Source: Candidatus Kuenenia stuttgartensis (GTDB taxonomy: Bacteria > Planctomycetota > Brocadiia > Brocadiales > Brocadiaceae). Taken from it: a DNA stretch of 32,000 nucleotides. Of this stretch, positions 1-7,454 are shown in pieces. Each line of letters starts with the position of its first letter. Position 1 is the stretch's first letter. The stretch is from NCBI RefSeq assembly GCF_900232105.1, contig NZ_LT934425.1:1080001-1112000 (forward strand). Reading direction: 5' to 3'. Both the position numbers and the translations under genes were made by a program. Below the pieces are notes generated by a model. It was not told the origin of the DNA and searched no databases. It worked only from the letters and a program-made list of their open reading frames with translations.

Positions 1-984
1 CTCGTCAGCGGCGCATGAATCATGTTCTGTCCCTTTAATCCTGACAGGATGAAACCCTGCGGCATGAATAATTTCTACCGGGGTATAAGAACAAAAATAT
101 CCGATCTTGGGCAAATTGCTTTCTTCAATGGAAAAATCCGCGATAGAAGTTTCAAGTAAACTTTTGCTGTTGTCAGATCCTGACAGCGACACAGAGACGT
201 TGCTTTGCGCCTGCGCTTTTTCCAGCGCTATTAACGCCGCCCCAAGCGCACCGTTAATTTGCGGCTCTCCTGAGATTTCAATTTTGCAGCCCAGGTTTTT
301 TTCCAGCTCCGTTACTACGCCAATATTTTTAGCAACGCCGCCTGTCATGGCAACCTTTTGTTCCAACCCTACCCGTTTTACTTGTGCGGTAATACGTTTT
401 GCGATTGAAATATGCAGTCCACGGCAAATATCCGCCGTTTTGTGGTCGGCGCCAATAAGCGATACAACCTCCGATTCTGCAAAAACGGTACAAAGGCTAC
501 TCACGGAAACGTTATCTTTTCCGTGCAGGGAAATCTCTCCCATCTCCTCCAGCTCAATTTCCAGTGTTCTTGCCATAACTTCCAGAAAGCGGCCGGTACC
601 GGCGGCGCACTTGTCGTTCATAACAAAATCAAGTACATTGCCATTTCCATCGATTTTGATAACCTTACTGTCCTGTCCGCCAATATCAATAATTGTCCTG
701 GCGTCAGGAAAGTAATAATTTGCACCTTTTGCATGGCAAGTGATTTCCGTTATTACTTCATTGGCAAAAGGAACTTTTACGCGCCCATAGCCTGTGGCTA
801 CGATATAGTTAATATCTTTTTCTGTAAGATTATGCTCTGTAAATATTTGTTGAAGGGTTTTTTCCGCAGCTTTTTTACTGCTTGCACCGGTTGCGATGAT
901 TGTTGCAGAAAGGATCTCCTTCTTATCATTTAAAAGAATTCCATTGGTTGACATAGAACCAATGTCTATTCCGATAGTATACAT
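1..984 (-). CDS. BadF/BadG/BcrA/BcrD-type ATPase (activase of 2-hydroxyacyl-CoA dehydratase / benzoyl-CoA reductase type) fused to the start of a dehydratase (HgdB/BcrB-like) domain; 3' end runs off the window
   Basis: Not in the supplied ORF track because it is open at the window edge. The reverse complement from ATG (984-982) reads without a stop to position 1: MYTIGIDIGSMSTNGILL...IIDIGGQDSKVIKID...MNDKCAAGTGRFLEVMA...VAMTGGVAKN...GALGAALIALEKA, then a linker, then PKIGYFCSYTPVEIIHAAGFHPVRIKG. An AGGAG Shine-Dalgarno sequence (rc of 996-1000) lies 11 nt upstream. Confidence 0.85.
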   Translation of the reverse strand, partial: MYTIGIDIGSMSTNGILLNDKKEILSATIIATGASSKKAAEKTLQQIFTEHNLTEKDINYIVATGYGRVKVPFANEVITEITCHAKGANYYFPDARTIIDIGGQDSKVIKIDGNGNVLDFVMNDKCAAGTGRFLEVMARTLEIELEEMGEISLHGKDNVSVSSLCTVFAESEVVSLIGADHKTADICRGLHISIAKRITAQVKRVGLEQKVAMTGGVAKNIGVVTELEKNLGCKIEISGEPQINGALGAALIALEKAQAQSNVSVSLSGSDNSKSLLETSIADFSIEESNLPKIGYFCSYTPVEIIHAAGFHPVRIKGTEHDSCAADE

Positions 985-1009
985 AACTATAAAATCTCCT
1001 ATTTTAAGA

Positions 1010-1399
1010 TTATTCCGTTTCTGGTTTCGGCGGTATGGTGCTGACCCAAATATTTACAACAAAGAAGCCTATGGCAATGACTTCGATACCGGCAAAAATT
1101 TCTACCAGGGGATGAAGCGGGCGAAAGCAGACTAAACCTACAAGCCCGATATTTGCAAGATAGAATTGAAGTGTGCCTATTTTAGGATAGGCGAGAGGCC
1201 TGCCGGTAAATCTGGGCAGTATATGATATCCAACACCAAAGATCATCATGGACATCCATCCCAAAAGGTTTAAATGTACATGAGAAAACAATAATTGAGC
1301 GGGATAGCTTTTCATGGATATCATAACGGTACCAAGTATTGCCGCTATAAAAAAATAAACCAGGCTTGCCCGAAGAAAATTTTTCGAAAGAGGACTCAT
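1010..1399 (-). CDS. Small (129 aa, about 4 TM) membrane protein resembling helices X-XII of haem-copper oxidase subunit I, retaining the HxH pair
   Basis: ORF track entry. By eye, HVHLNLLGWMSMMIFGVGYHILPRFTG aligns with the remembered COX1 helix X segment [27 protein letters not shown]. A later FRPLH aligns with FFPQH. The protein is hydrophobic throughout. Its stop lies 25 bp upstream of the activase ATG on the same strand. Confidence 0.6.
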   Translation of the reverse strand: MSPLSKNFLRASLVYFFIAAILGTVMISMKSYPAQLLFSHVHLNLLGWMSMMIFGVGYHILPRFTGRPLAYPKIGTLQFYLANIGLVGLVCFRPLHPLVEIFAGIEVIAIGFFVVNIWVSTIPPKPETE

Positions 1400-1624
1400 T
1401 TATCAAAAGCTCCTTTTTAAGAAAGTTGTTGATTTAAAAGAACTTAAATCAAATTTATAAAGAACCTAACAAAAAGGGTAAGAATATATAAAAAATATGG
1501 ATTGTCAAACAAAAAATTATTGTTACATAGTAATACTTAAGATTACAAGCGTGACCCAAAAGTATGTTCAAAAGGTCAATTGCCCTGTCGAATCGTGTTA
1601 TAAAATATCGTGTATGGTGCGTGA

Positions 1625-2209
1625 TCAATTCGGGGGGATTTCTTCTTTTTTCTGAGTAACTTCTTTTTCCGGAGTCGCTTCTTTTTTCTTTTGCGTTTTT
1701 AGTTCCTCAATTTTTTCCGCATAGGAGCGTACTTTATTCGCTACGCTTTCAGGAATAATTGTAACCAATCTTTGCATACCTTTTCCTATGGGGGCTGCTA
1801 TTTTTGAGGTATTCACCCTATCGCGTGTTGATTCACTGCAGAATAATAAAACGCCAAAGATAATTACTCCGCAAAAGAGAACCCCTTTAAAAATCCCCAA
1901 AAAACCACCGAAAAACCTCGACCCAACAGATATGCCGCTTTTATTGATAACGATTTTTAACAGATTTGTAATAAAACACGTTACGGCTAAGATTACTCCG
2001 AAAATGGTAAAATAACTCAATAAATCCGTAACAGATTGAGACAGAATGCCTTTCAGGATATTGCTAATTACTCCGTGGAAGAAAAAAGCGGCAAAGAAAG
2101 AGATGAGCAGGCATCCTATTCTGAGAAACTGCATTACAGGGCCGCTGACAAATCCAAATAGTATTGCAAAAAACAAAACACCAAAAATCGAATAATCAAT
2201 CCATATCAT
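1625..2209 (-). CDS. cvpA: CvpA-family (colicin V production-type) integral membrane protein
   Basis: N-terminus MIWIDYSIFGVLFFAILFGFVSGPVMQFLRIG followed by four hydrophobic helices is typical of CvpA, with a Lys/Glu-rich tail. The ATG (2209-2207) overlaps the upstream gene's TGA (2208-2206) as ATGA. Confidence 0.7.
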   Translation of the reverse strand: MIWIDYSIFGVLFFAILFGFVSGPVMQFLRIGCLLISFFAAFFFHGVISNILKGILSQSVTDLLSYFTIFGVILAVTCFITNLLKIVINKSGISVGSRFFGGFLGIFKGVLFCGVIIFGVLLFCSESTRDRVNTSKIAAPIGKGMQRLVTIIPESVANKVRSYAEKIEELKTQKKKEATPEKEVTQKKEEIPPN

Positions 2210-3342
2210 TTATGGCCATTCCCTGCCTTTCTTTCCTTCTTTACTTCCTTATTTGTACGTAAGAAATCATTTGCGATACCCCTGACAAGTTGTTCCACGT
2301 TTTCCTGAGAGAGTTTTATTGAAATCTTCGGGTCATTTATGTCGCCGCGTATCTCCAATGGGATGGCATTTTGCCTGAAAACAATCCCTGTAATCTTTTC
2401 TATGCCCTTGTTTACGAATCTTTCATTCACCGTGACATTTGCTTTATAAAATAGTTTTCCTCCGAATTCTATCATGCCTGATACCTCCATCTTTAATAGC
2501 TGACTATCAACGATTACTTTTGGGGTATACATTGTTTCCTCCTCGATCAGCACTTCTGTTTCTAATAAATCAAAAGAATAGCGGTCGTCGATGGTAATAA
2601 TATCTGACAAAGCAGAAAAAAGCACATTGCTTTTAACATAGCCGTTCCGGACGCTGAGGGTAAAGCGGCCTTTAATATCTTTGCTTGGGATATTCCCGCC
2701 AAACCCTTTTCCACTCAGATGTCCTTCAATGCTCAGAATGCCACCTGCTTCGCTTCCATCCTTTTTAAATAAAGGCAAATCACGGAGCACAGGCATTTCT
2801 TGTGTTATGTAAACATCATGCGCTTTGATTGTTATATTAAATTCCGGCATATCTCTTTTGAGTTCCATAACGCCGTGAAGATATGTTTTGCCGCCATTTG
2901 CTTTGAATTGCACATGAGTAGTTATCTCGTTATCTTTAAGAGAAAGTGTATCGGTAAACAAGTCTTCAATCAATAAACTATTTTCGTAGTTTATTTGTTT
3001 AACCTCAATTTTTTCAAAAATAACCTGATTCCATAAGAGGGGAAACAGCTTTAATGTACCCTGTATGTCATCAAACTGTGTTGTAGTTTCCGGGTCATTG
3101 TTTTGCTTTTGCAGAATAATAAGAGAAATACGGATTTGATTCGGCCAGTGATATGATACCGTGCCTGTTTGAGCGGAAGAAGGAAGTTTGTTTTCCAGCA
3201 AGAGAACGACTTTTTGCGTGATGCTTTTTTCAAAGAGAAGAGTGGGAAATACGAAAATGGAAATAGCAACAACAAGAGCTGTTAAACAGAAAGAAATTAC
3301 CAACCATTTTATCCATAATACTTTTTTCTTCTGCATTTGCAT
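2206..3342 (-). CDS. AsmA-like / DUF748-like membrane-anchored, beta-rich envelope protein
   Basis: Single N-terminal TM (WIKWLVISFCLTALVVAISIFVF) followed by a long repetitive beta-type region. The C-terminus (IPLEIRGDINDPKISIKL) matches the AsmA-family C-terminal pattern. Translationally coupled to cvpA. Confidence 0.5.
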   Translation of the reverse strand: MQMQKKKVLWIKWLVISFCLTALVVAISIFVFPTLLFEKSITQKVVLLLENKLPSSAQTGTVSYHWPNQIRISLIILQKQNNDPETTTQFDDIQGTLKLFPLLWNQVIFEKIEVKQINYENSLLIEDLFTDTLSLKDNEITTHVQFKANGGKTYLHGVMELKRDMPEFNITIKAHDVYITQEMPVLRDLPLFKKDGSEAGGILSIEGHLSGKGFGGNIPSKDIKGRFTLSVRNGYVKSNVLFSALSDIITIDDRYSFDLLETEVLIEEETMYTPKVIVDSQLLKMEVSGMIEFGGKLFYKANVTVNERFVNKGIEKITGIVFRQNAIPLEIRGDINDPKISIKLSQENVEQLVRGIANDFLRTNKEVKKERKAGNGHK

Positions 3343-3426
3343 ATTTGTGTGAAAAATTGGTCATGAGTCATTAGTCAATTGTAATGGGCAACCACAAGGA
3401 ACGCCCCTACTTGCGACGAATTTTTT

Positions 3427-3452
3427 AAATCTGTGTAATCTGTGGTTCCTCT
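3427..3452. repeat. Short tandem 9-mer motif (AATCTGTGN)x2 followed by GGTTCCTC; second locus at 7421-7454
   Basis: The plus strand reads taaatctgtgtaatctgtggttcctc. The same 23-nt core, aatctgtgtaatctgtggttcctc, recurs at 7430-7453. It lies 84 nt upstream of the minus-strand start at 3342. Confidence 0.8.
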
Positions 3453-3468
3453 TTTATACTTCGTAAAA

Positions 3469-4695
3469 TTATGCACCTGTTAAAGGGAGTTTCCCGAAAA
3501 GATTAAGTACCTGAGGCATTATGTCCATTCCGGTAATAATACCCATACCTCCCCGTGTACAATCCCGCTCATTAAACGCAGCGACCTTGTCTACCCGAAC
3601 ACCGGTTCCGCGAAAAATGATGGGGATTGGATCACCCGAATGGCTTTTCAATGCACAAGGGGTTGAATGATCTCCGGTTATTATTAATAATGTATTTTCC
3701 GATGTTTCATGAAAAAGCCTCGCCGCGTGGTCGATCTTTTCGATAAATTCTTTTTTACCTCTGAAATTTCCATCTTCTCCGAAAGAATCTGCGGCTTTTA
3801 CATGTACAAAAACAAAATCGTAATGCTTCAGGTTGCTGATTGCCGCCATGAATTTAGCTTCAATATCGGTGTCCGGCAGGCCTGTTGCGCCGGGGACGTC
3901 AATAACATCCATTCCCAGGTAAGCGGCAACTCCCTTATACAACCCACCTCCTGCTATACAACACCCTGAGAAAGCATAACGTTCTTTAAAGCAGGGAACC
4001 TCTTTGTATTGTCCTGCACCGCGCACTAACAGATAGTTCGCCAACAATTCTCCTTTTTTTCGTCTTTCTTCGTTTAAAGGGTGTTTTTGGAGAATTTCCC
4101 ATGCCTTTTTCAAAAAAACATTCAATATTCGCGCGGTATGTTTTGCTTCAATAGACTCATCTAAAGGGGTAACTTCCCTTACAGGGACGTCCGGTTTGTG
4201 CGGATCGGCATCAATAATGGCACTGGAAAGGCCTTTCCCTCTCATTACCACAGCCGCACGATGGCCGGTTCCAGGTTTAACGAGAAATGTAACGCCGTCG
4301 ATTTCTATGCCATCCAGCGCCTGTGCTAACGGTGCTACCCCCCTGATTCTGCCTGCCCTGCGGTCTTTAATAATAAAATTTTCGTCTACCGTGCCGAAAT
4401 TTCCACGCAGGGCAACGTCGCCTTCCTGTAATTTCATACCAACGCCGGTCACCTCTATTGTTCCGCGTCCTGAATAATATTCTCTATAATCATAGCCTAG
4501 TATGTTGAGATGTGATGTGTCGCTGCCAGGCACACAACCACGGCCCAAGCTGTACATCATTCCGCATTCAGATTCGGAAGCCAGTTTGTCCATGTTTGGC
4601 GTTTTTGCCGCTTCCAGTGGGGTTAAATTGCCAAGATCTTTTATTGGACGGTCTCCCAGTCCATCGCAGATGACTAAAATAACTTTTTCCAACAT
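3469..4695 (-). CDS. apgM: 2,3-bisphosphoglycerate-independent phosphoglycerate mutase, archaeal type
   Basis: MLEKVILVICDGLGDRP...TPNMDKLA...ITGDHSTPCALKSHSGDPIPI are hallmark ApgM/metalloenzyme motifs. An AAGGAG Shine-Dalgarno sequence lies upstream of ATG 4695. Confidence 0.9.
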   Translation of the reverse strand: MLEKVILVICDGLGDRPIKDLGNLTPLEAAKTPNMDKLASESECGMMYSLGRGCVPGSDTSHLNILGYDYREYYSGRGTIEVTGVGMKLQEGDVALRGNFGTVDENFIIKDRRAGRIRGVAPLAQALDGIEIDGVTFLVKPGTGHRAAVVMRGKGLSSAIIDADPHKPDVPVREVTPLDESIEAKHTARILNVFLKKAWEILQKHPLNEERRKKGELLANYLLVRGAGQYKEVPCFKERYAFSGCCIAGGGLYKGVAAYLGMDVIDVPGATGLPDTDIEAKFMAAISNLKHYDFVFVHVKAADSFGEDGNFRGKKEFIEKIDHAARLFHETSENTLLIITGDHSTPCALKSHSGDPIPIIFRGTGVRVDKVAAFNERDCTRGGMGIITGMDIMPQVLNLFGKLPLTGA

Positions 4696-4818
4696 TTTTC
4701 TGATACTCCTTTAATGTATAGATTTTCAAATCAATACGGAATGGGGAAAGAATGGGATAAAAATGCCTTTACACACCCAAGCTCCTCTTTTTAGTACTTT
4801 ATCAGTAATTTCTTTGTA

Positions 4819-4930
4819 CCGGCTCGAAAATAAGAATACAAAAAATAGTTTAAGTACAGATACTACAACATGATATGGTTATAAAACCATTTTCATCGTT
4901 TCTGGGTGTTGCAAATGAAACATGATGACT
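4819..4930 (+). repeat. 112-bp intergenic repeat, copy A
   Basis: About 93% identical (8 mismatches by hand) to copy B (5274-5385). About 87% identical to the reverse complement of copy C (7816-7927). The last 50 bp are identical between A and B. Confidence 0.9.
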
Positions 4931-4961
4931 GGTGACTTATTTTGTCATTACAAGGGTATCC

Positions 4962-5184
4962 GCTTGTCATTGCGAGGGTCTTTTCCGAAGCAATCTCATA
5001 AACCGTCATAGAGATCCTTCCATCCTGCATTCATTCCATTAATTAATTCTATTTTTAATTAATTCTATTTTTTTAGCCCTTGAGCCACCCTTAATTTGCT
5101 TCTCCCGCGATATGACGTTTCTTACGTCACGAAATATCTCGTAGTATACTGATTGCTTCGGAAAAGACCCTCGCAATGACAAGC
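4962..5184. repeat. Palindromic (MITE-like?) element bounded by 34-bp perfect inverted repeats
   Basis: 4962-4995 (gcttgtcattgcgagggtcttttccgaagcaatc) is the exact reverse complement of 5151-5184. Imperfect arm extensions (ttgtcatt / aatgacaagctgagacc duplicated) reach roughly 4940 and 5220. No target-site duplication is seen. Confidence 0.8.
5041..5072 (+). repeat. Perfect tandem duplication of a 16-mer (aattaattctattttt x2) inside the palindromic element
   Basis: Read directly: 5041-5056 equals 5057-5072. Confidence 0.9.
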
Positions 5185-5273
5185 TGAGACCCCCATGCAA
5201 TAATGACAAGCTGAGACCTTTTGGATGGCCCTATACATTTGAACCGGTACAGAAACAGAAATGCCAGATGTTT

Positions 5274-5385
5274 CCGACTCGAAAGTAAGACTACAAAAAA
5301 TAGCTTGAGTACATATACTACAACACGATCTGGTTATAAAACCATTTTCATCGTTTCTGGGTGTTGCAAATGAAACATGATGACT
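5274..5385 (+). repeat. 112-bp intergenic repeat, copy B
   Basis: See copy A. Same orientation, 455 bp further right, on the other side of the palindromic element. Confidence 0.9.
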
Positions 5386-5399
5386 TTTTGGCAAAATAT

Positions 5400-5969
5400 T
5401 TAATGGGAAATATCTATTTGGGAATAGGCTAAAACCCCTTCTTTGTACAAATCGTTTCCATAAATATCATTTGCGACAATTGCCGGAAAATTTTCAACCT
5501 CTAATTTCCTGATTGCTTCCGCTCCTAAATCTTCGTATGCAACTACTTCCATTCTTTTTACCGATTGCGCCAGCAATGCAGCAGCCCCTCCTGTAGCAAC
5601 AAGATAAACAGCCTTATATTTTTTCATGGCTTCCAGCACCTCTTCCGACCGATTCCCTTTGCCTATAGTTGCCTTTAGCCCCAGTGACAATAATAGTGGT
5701 GTATATTTATCCATACGGTAGCTTGTGGTTGGTCCGCACGACCCGATTGGCATACCCGGCGGAGCAGGGCTAGGCCCTGTGTAATAAATGATCTGGTTTT
5801 TTATATCAAATGGCAGTTCCTTGCCCTGATCGATGAGGTTTGCAAGCCTTTTGTGCGCGGCGTCTCTTGCAGTGTAAAGTATGCCGCTGATCATGACCTT
5901 ATCTCCTGCCTTTAGTTGTTCGATAATGGCATCTGATAAGGGTGTGTTTATCGGTATAATATTTGTCAT
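5400..5969 (-). CDS. Class I (Fe-S) fumarate hydratase / L-tartrate dehydratase family, beta subunit
   Basis: MTNIIPINTPLSD...GDKVMISGILYTARDAAHKRL...IYYTGPSPAPPG...GPTTSYRMD...GKGNRS is the typical FumB/TtdB-type C-terminal-domain protein. I chose ATG 5969, which overlaps the alpha-subunit TGA (ATGA), rather than the track's upstream alternative start at 6056. Confidence 0.85.
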   Translation of the reverse strand: MTNIIPINTPLSDAIIEQLKAGDKVMISGILYTARDAAHKRLANLIDQGKELPFDIKNQIIYYTGPSPAPPGMPIGSCGPTTSYRMDKYTPLLLSLGLKATIGKGNRSEEVLEAMKKYKAVYLVATGGAAALLAQSVKRMEVVAYEDLGAEAIRKLEVENFPAIVANDIYGNDLYKEGVLAYSQIDISH

Positions 5970-6832
5970 AATCGTTTGCTCCCCAGTATTGCAATTTTTA
6001 CCCGATGAGAATGGCAGTCTATATTGACTGCCACAGGCAGGCTTGCAATGTGACAAGGGTGACTCTCCACGTGTACTGCCAGGGTAGTTATCATACCGCC
6101 CAGTCCTTGAGCGCCGATTCCCAGATGATTTATTTTATACAGAAGTTCTTTCTCCAATTGCGCCGTTTCAGGATTTTTATTCTCCGAACCTACCTGACGC
6201 AACAGGGCCTTTTTCGCTAAAAGGGCGGCATAATCAAAGGTACCACCTATTCCCACTCCTACAATAATTGGAGGACATGGATTCGCCTTTGCTTTCTCCA
6301 CAGTTTCCACGACAAAATGAACAACTCCCTCACGTCCTTCCGCAGGTGTGAGCATGGCAATCCTGCTCATATTTTCGCATCCGCCCCCCTTTGCCATGAA
6401 AGTAATCTTCAGATGATTATTGGGTACAAACTCTGTATGAATAATAGCCGGGGTGTTATCATTCGTATTCACCCGTGTGAGGGGGTCTGCTACGATAGAT
6501 TTTCTCAAAAACCCCTCTTTGTATCCTTTACGCACCCCAGCATTGACTGCATCGTGGAGTCGTCCGCCGGCAATTTCTACATTTTCTCCAACTTCTAAGA
6601 AAACAATTGCAACGCCGGTATCCTGGCATAAGGGCATTTTATTTTCATGCGCGATCCTTGAGTTTTCCAATAATTCGGAAAGAATTTCTTTTGCGACAGG
6701 TGATGCTTCTTTTTCACTGGCAAGCGCCAGGGCATTGACCACGTCACTTCCCAAATTGAAATTTGCGTCCTGGCAAAGCCTGGAAACTGTCTCTGAAATT
6801 TCCGATGCGTTAATCCTGATAGGTGTACCCAT
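5966..6832 (-). CDS. Class I (Fe-S) fumarate hydratase / L-tartrate dehydratase family, alpha subunit
   Basis: Motifs MPLCQDTGVAIVFLEVG, KGGGCENMS and PCPPIIVGVGIGGT are characteristic of the Fe-S hydro-lyase alpha-type catalytic domain. Confidence 0.88.
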   Translation of the reverse strand: MGTPIRINASEISETVSRLCQDANFNLGSDVVNALALASEKEASPVAKEILSELLENSRIAHENKMPLCQDTGVAIVFLEVGENVEIAGGRLHDAVNAGVRKGYKEGFLRKSIVADPLTRVNTNDNTPAIIHTEFVPNNHLKITFMAKGGGCENMSRIAMLTPAEGREGVVHFVVETVEKAKANPCPPIIVGVGIGGTFDYAALLAKKALLRQVGSENKNPETAQLEKELLYKINHLGIGAQGLGGMITTLAVHVESHPCHIASLPVAVNIDCHSHRVKIAILGSKRL

Positions 6833-7361
6833 ATCGAATCGCCCTTATATTTTCATCAAAGAATTGCGACGGAAAGACGGTGTTAAAGTTTATAGTCTCA
6901 ATATTAATTCCGATTTTTTGTAATAACTTGCCCAAGGCAATCATATTAACAAAAACAGGGCTGTTAAAGCATTCTGTAGCAATTTTTCCAAAAGGGATTC
7001 TGTCACTTTCAGGACAGTGTAAATCACACTCTTTACCCTCTGTTCCGCATGCAGCGGATTCAATAAGAACATATTTTGCCTTGACCGTAGTATCGAGTAT
7101 GCTTGAAAGCTGAAGCGCAATATCTGCTTCTTCAAAAAAAGGGACTTCGATAGGTTCGTCGGAATAAGTAATCTCTGCTTTGATATTGCCGCTGCGGACA
7201 GCCGCATCATAAACAAGATTAAGGGCAACTTCTTTTCCTGATTTAGCAAGGATATTTGCCAGAATATGCGCCATAAGCTTAATGCCCTGGCCGGCTTCAC
7301 CTGCCAGTATGATTTTTTTTGTACGGTGTTCACCGGGAATGGATGTAATTTTCTTTACCAT
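6810..7361 (-). CDS. 2-oxoacid:ferredoxin oxidoreductase gamma-subunit-like protein (POR-domain), orphan
   Basis: KIILAGEAGQGIKLMAHILANILAKSGKEV...SGNIKAEITYSDEPIEVPFFEEADIAL matches the G-x-G-G-Q-G / SDEPI pattern of PorG/KorC-type gamma subunits. No alpha, beta or delta partner is nearby. Its 3' end overlaps the fumarase alpha start by 23 nt. Confidence 0.7.
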   Translation of the reverse strand: MVKKITSIPGEHRTKKIILAGEAGQGIKLMAHILANILAKSGKEVALNLVYDAAVRSGNIKAEITYSDEPIEVPFFEEADIALQLSSILDTTVKAKYVLIESAACGTEGKECDLHCPESDRIPFGKIATECFNSPVFVNMIALGKLLQKIGINIETINFNTVFPSQFFDENIRAIRYGYTYQD

Positions 7362-7420
7362 GAAAACAACGCCAACTCCAAAAAAATTTTTAATGGTGAA
7401 ATACGAATATTTAGTTTTTT

Positions 7421-7454
7421 AATCTGTGCAATCTGTGTAATCTGTGGTTCCTCC
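7421..7454. repeat. Short tandem 9-mer motif (AATCTGTGN)x3 followed by GGTTCCTCC
   Basis: The plus strand reads aatctgtgc aatctgtgt aatctgtgg ttcctcc. It lies 59 nt upstream of the minus-strand start at 7361. Sister locus at 3427-3452. Confidence 0.8.

Noticed and set aside
107-933. Two plus-strand track ORFs (202 aa and 173 aa)
   Set aside because: They are antisense to a motif-rich, uninterrupted minus-strand activase frame (1-984). Their translations are low-complexity (S/L/I/C-rich) with no recognisable motif.
3386-3410. gggcaaccacaaggaacgcccctac, reminiscent of a widespread short repeat (GNHKG.P-type junk ORFs)
   Set aside because: There is only one copy in this window and the expected internal hairpin is degenerate. 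It cannot be supported as a repeat from the sequence available.
5122-5394. 90-aa minus-strand ORF in the apgM/fumarase spacer
   Set aside because: It is assembled entirely from repeat copy B and the right arm of the 34-bp inverted repeat (…FATPRNDENGF…, …CHCEGLFRSNQ…). This is the typical spurious ORF created by dispersed repeats.
5970-6056. N-terminal extension of the fumarase beta ORF (track start 6056)
   Set aside because: The extension lies inside the alpha-subunit gene in another frame. The internal ATG 5969 gives the canonical MTNIIPINTPL start and an ATGA overlap with the alpha stop.
6941-7333. 130-aa alternative-frame ORF inside the POR-gamma-like gene
   Set aside because: The overlapping frame 6810-7361 carries the recognisable GQG/SDEPI family motifs. 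The alternative frame has none.
3427-7454. Short tandem repeats (9-mers, and the 16-mer x2 at 5041-5072) considered as a CRISPR array
   Set aside because: The units are far too short and directly abutting, with no spacers. There are only 2-3 copies and no cas genes in the window.
7361-7454. Strong AAGGAGG on the minus strand inside the 9-mer repeat locus, as the Shine-Dalgarno sequence of an upstream ORF ending at the POR-gamma start
   Set aside because: No ATG, GTG or TTG lies at suitable spacing (the only option would be ATT). The sister locus at 3427-3452 would encode only four codons.
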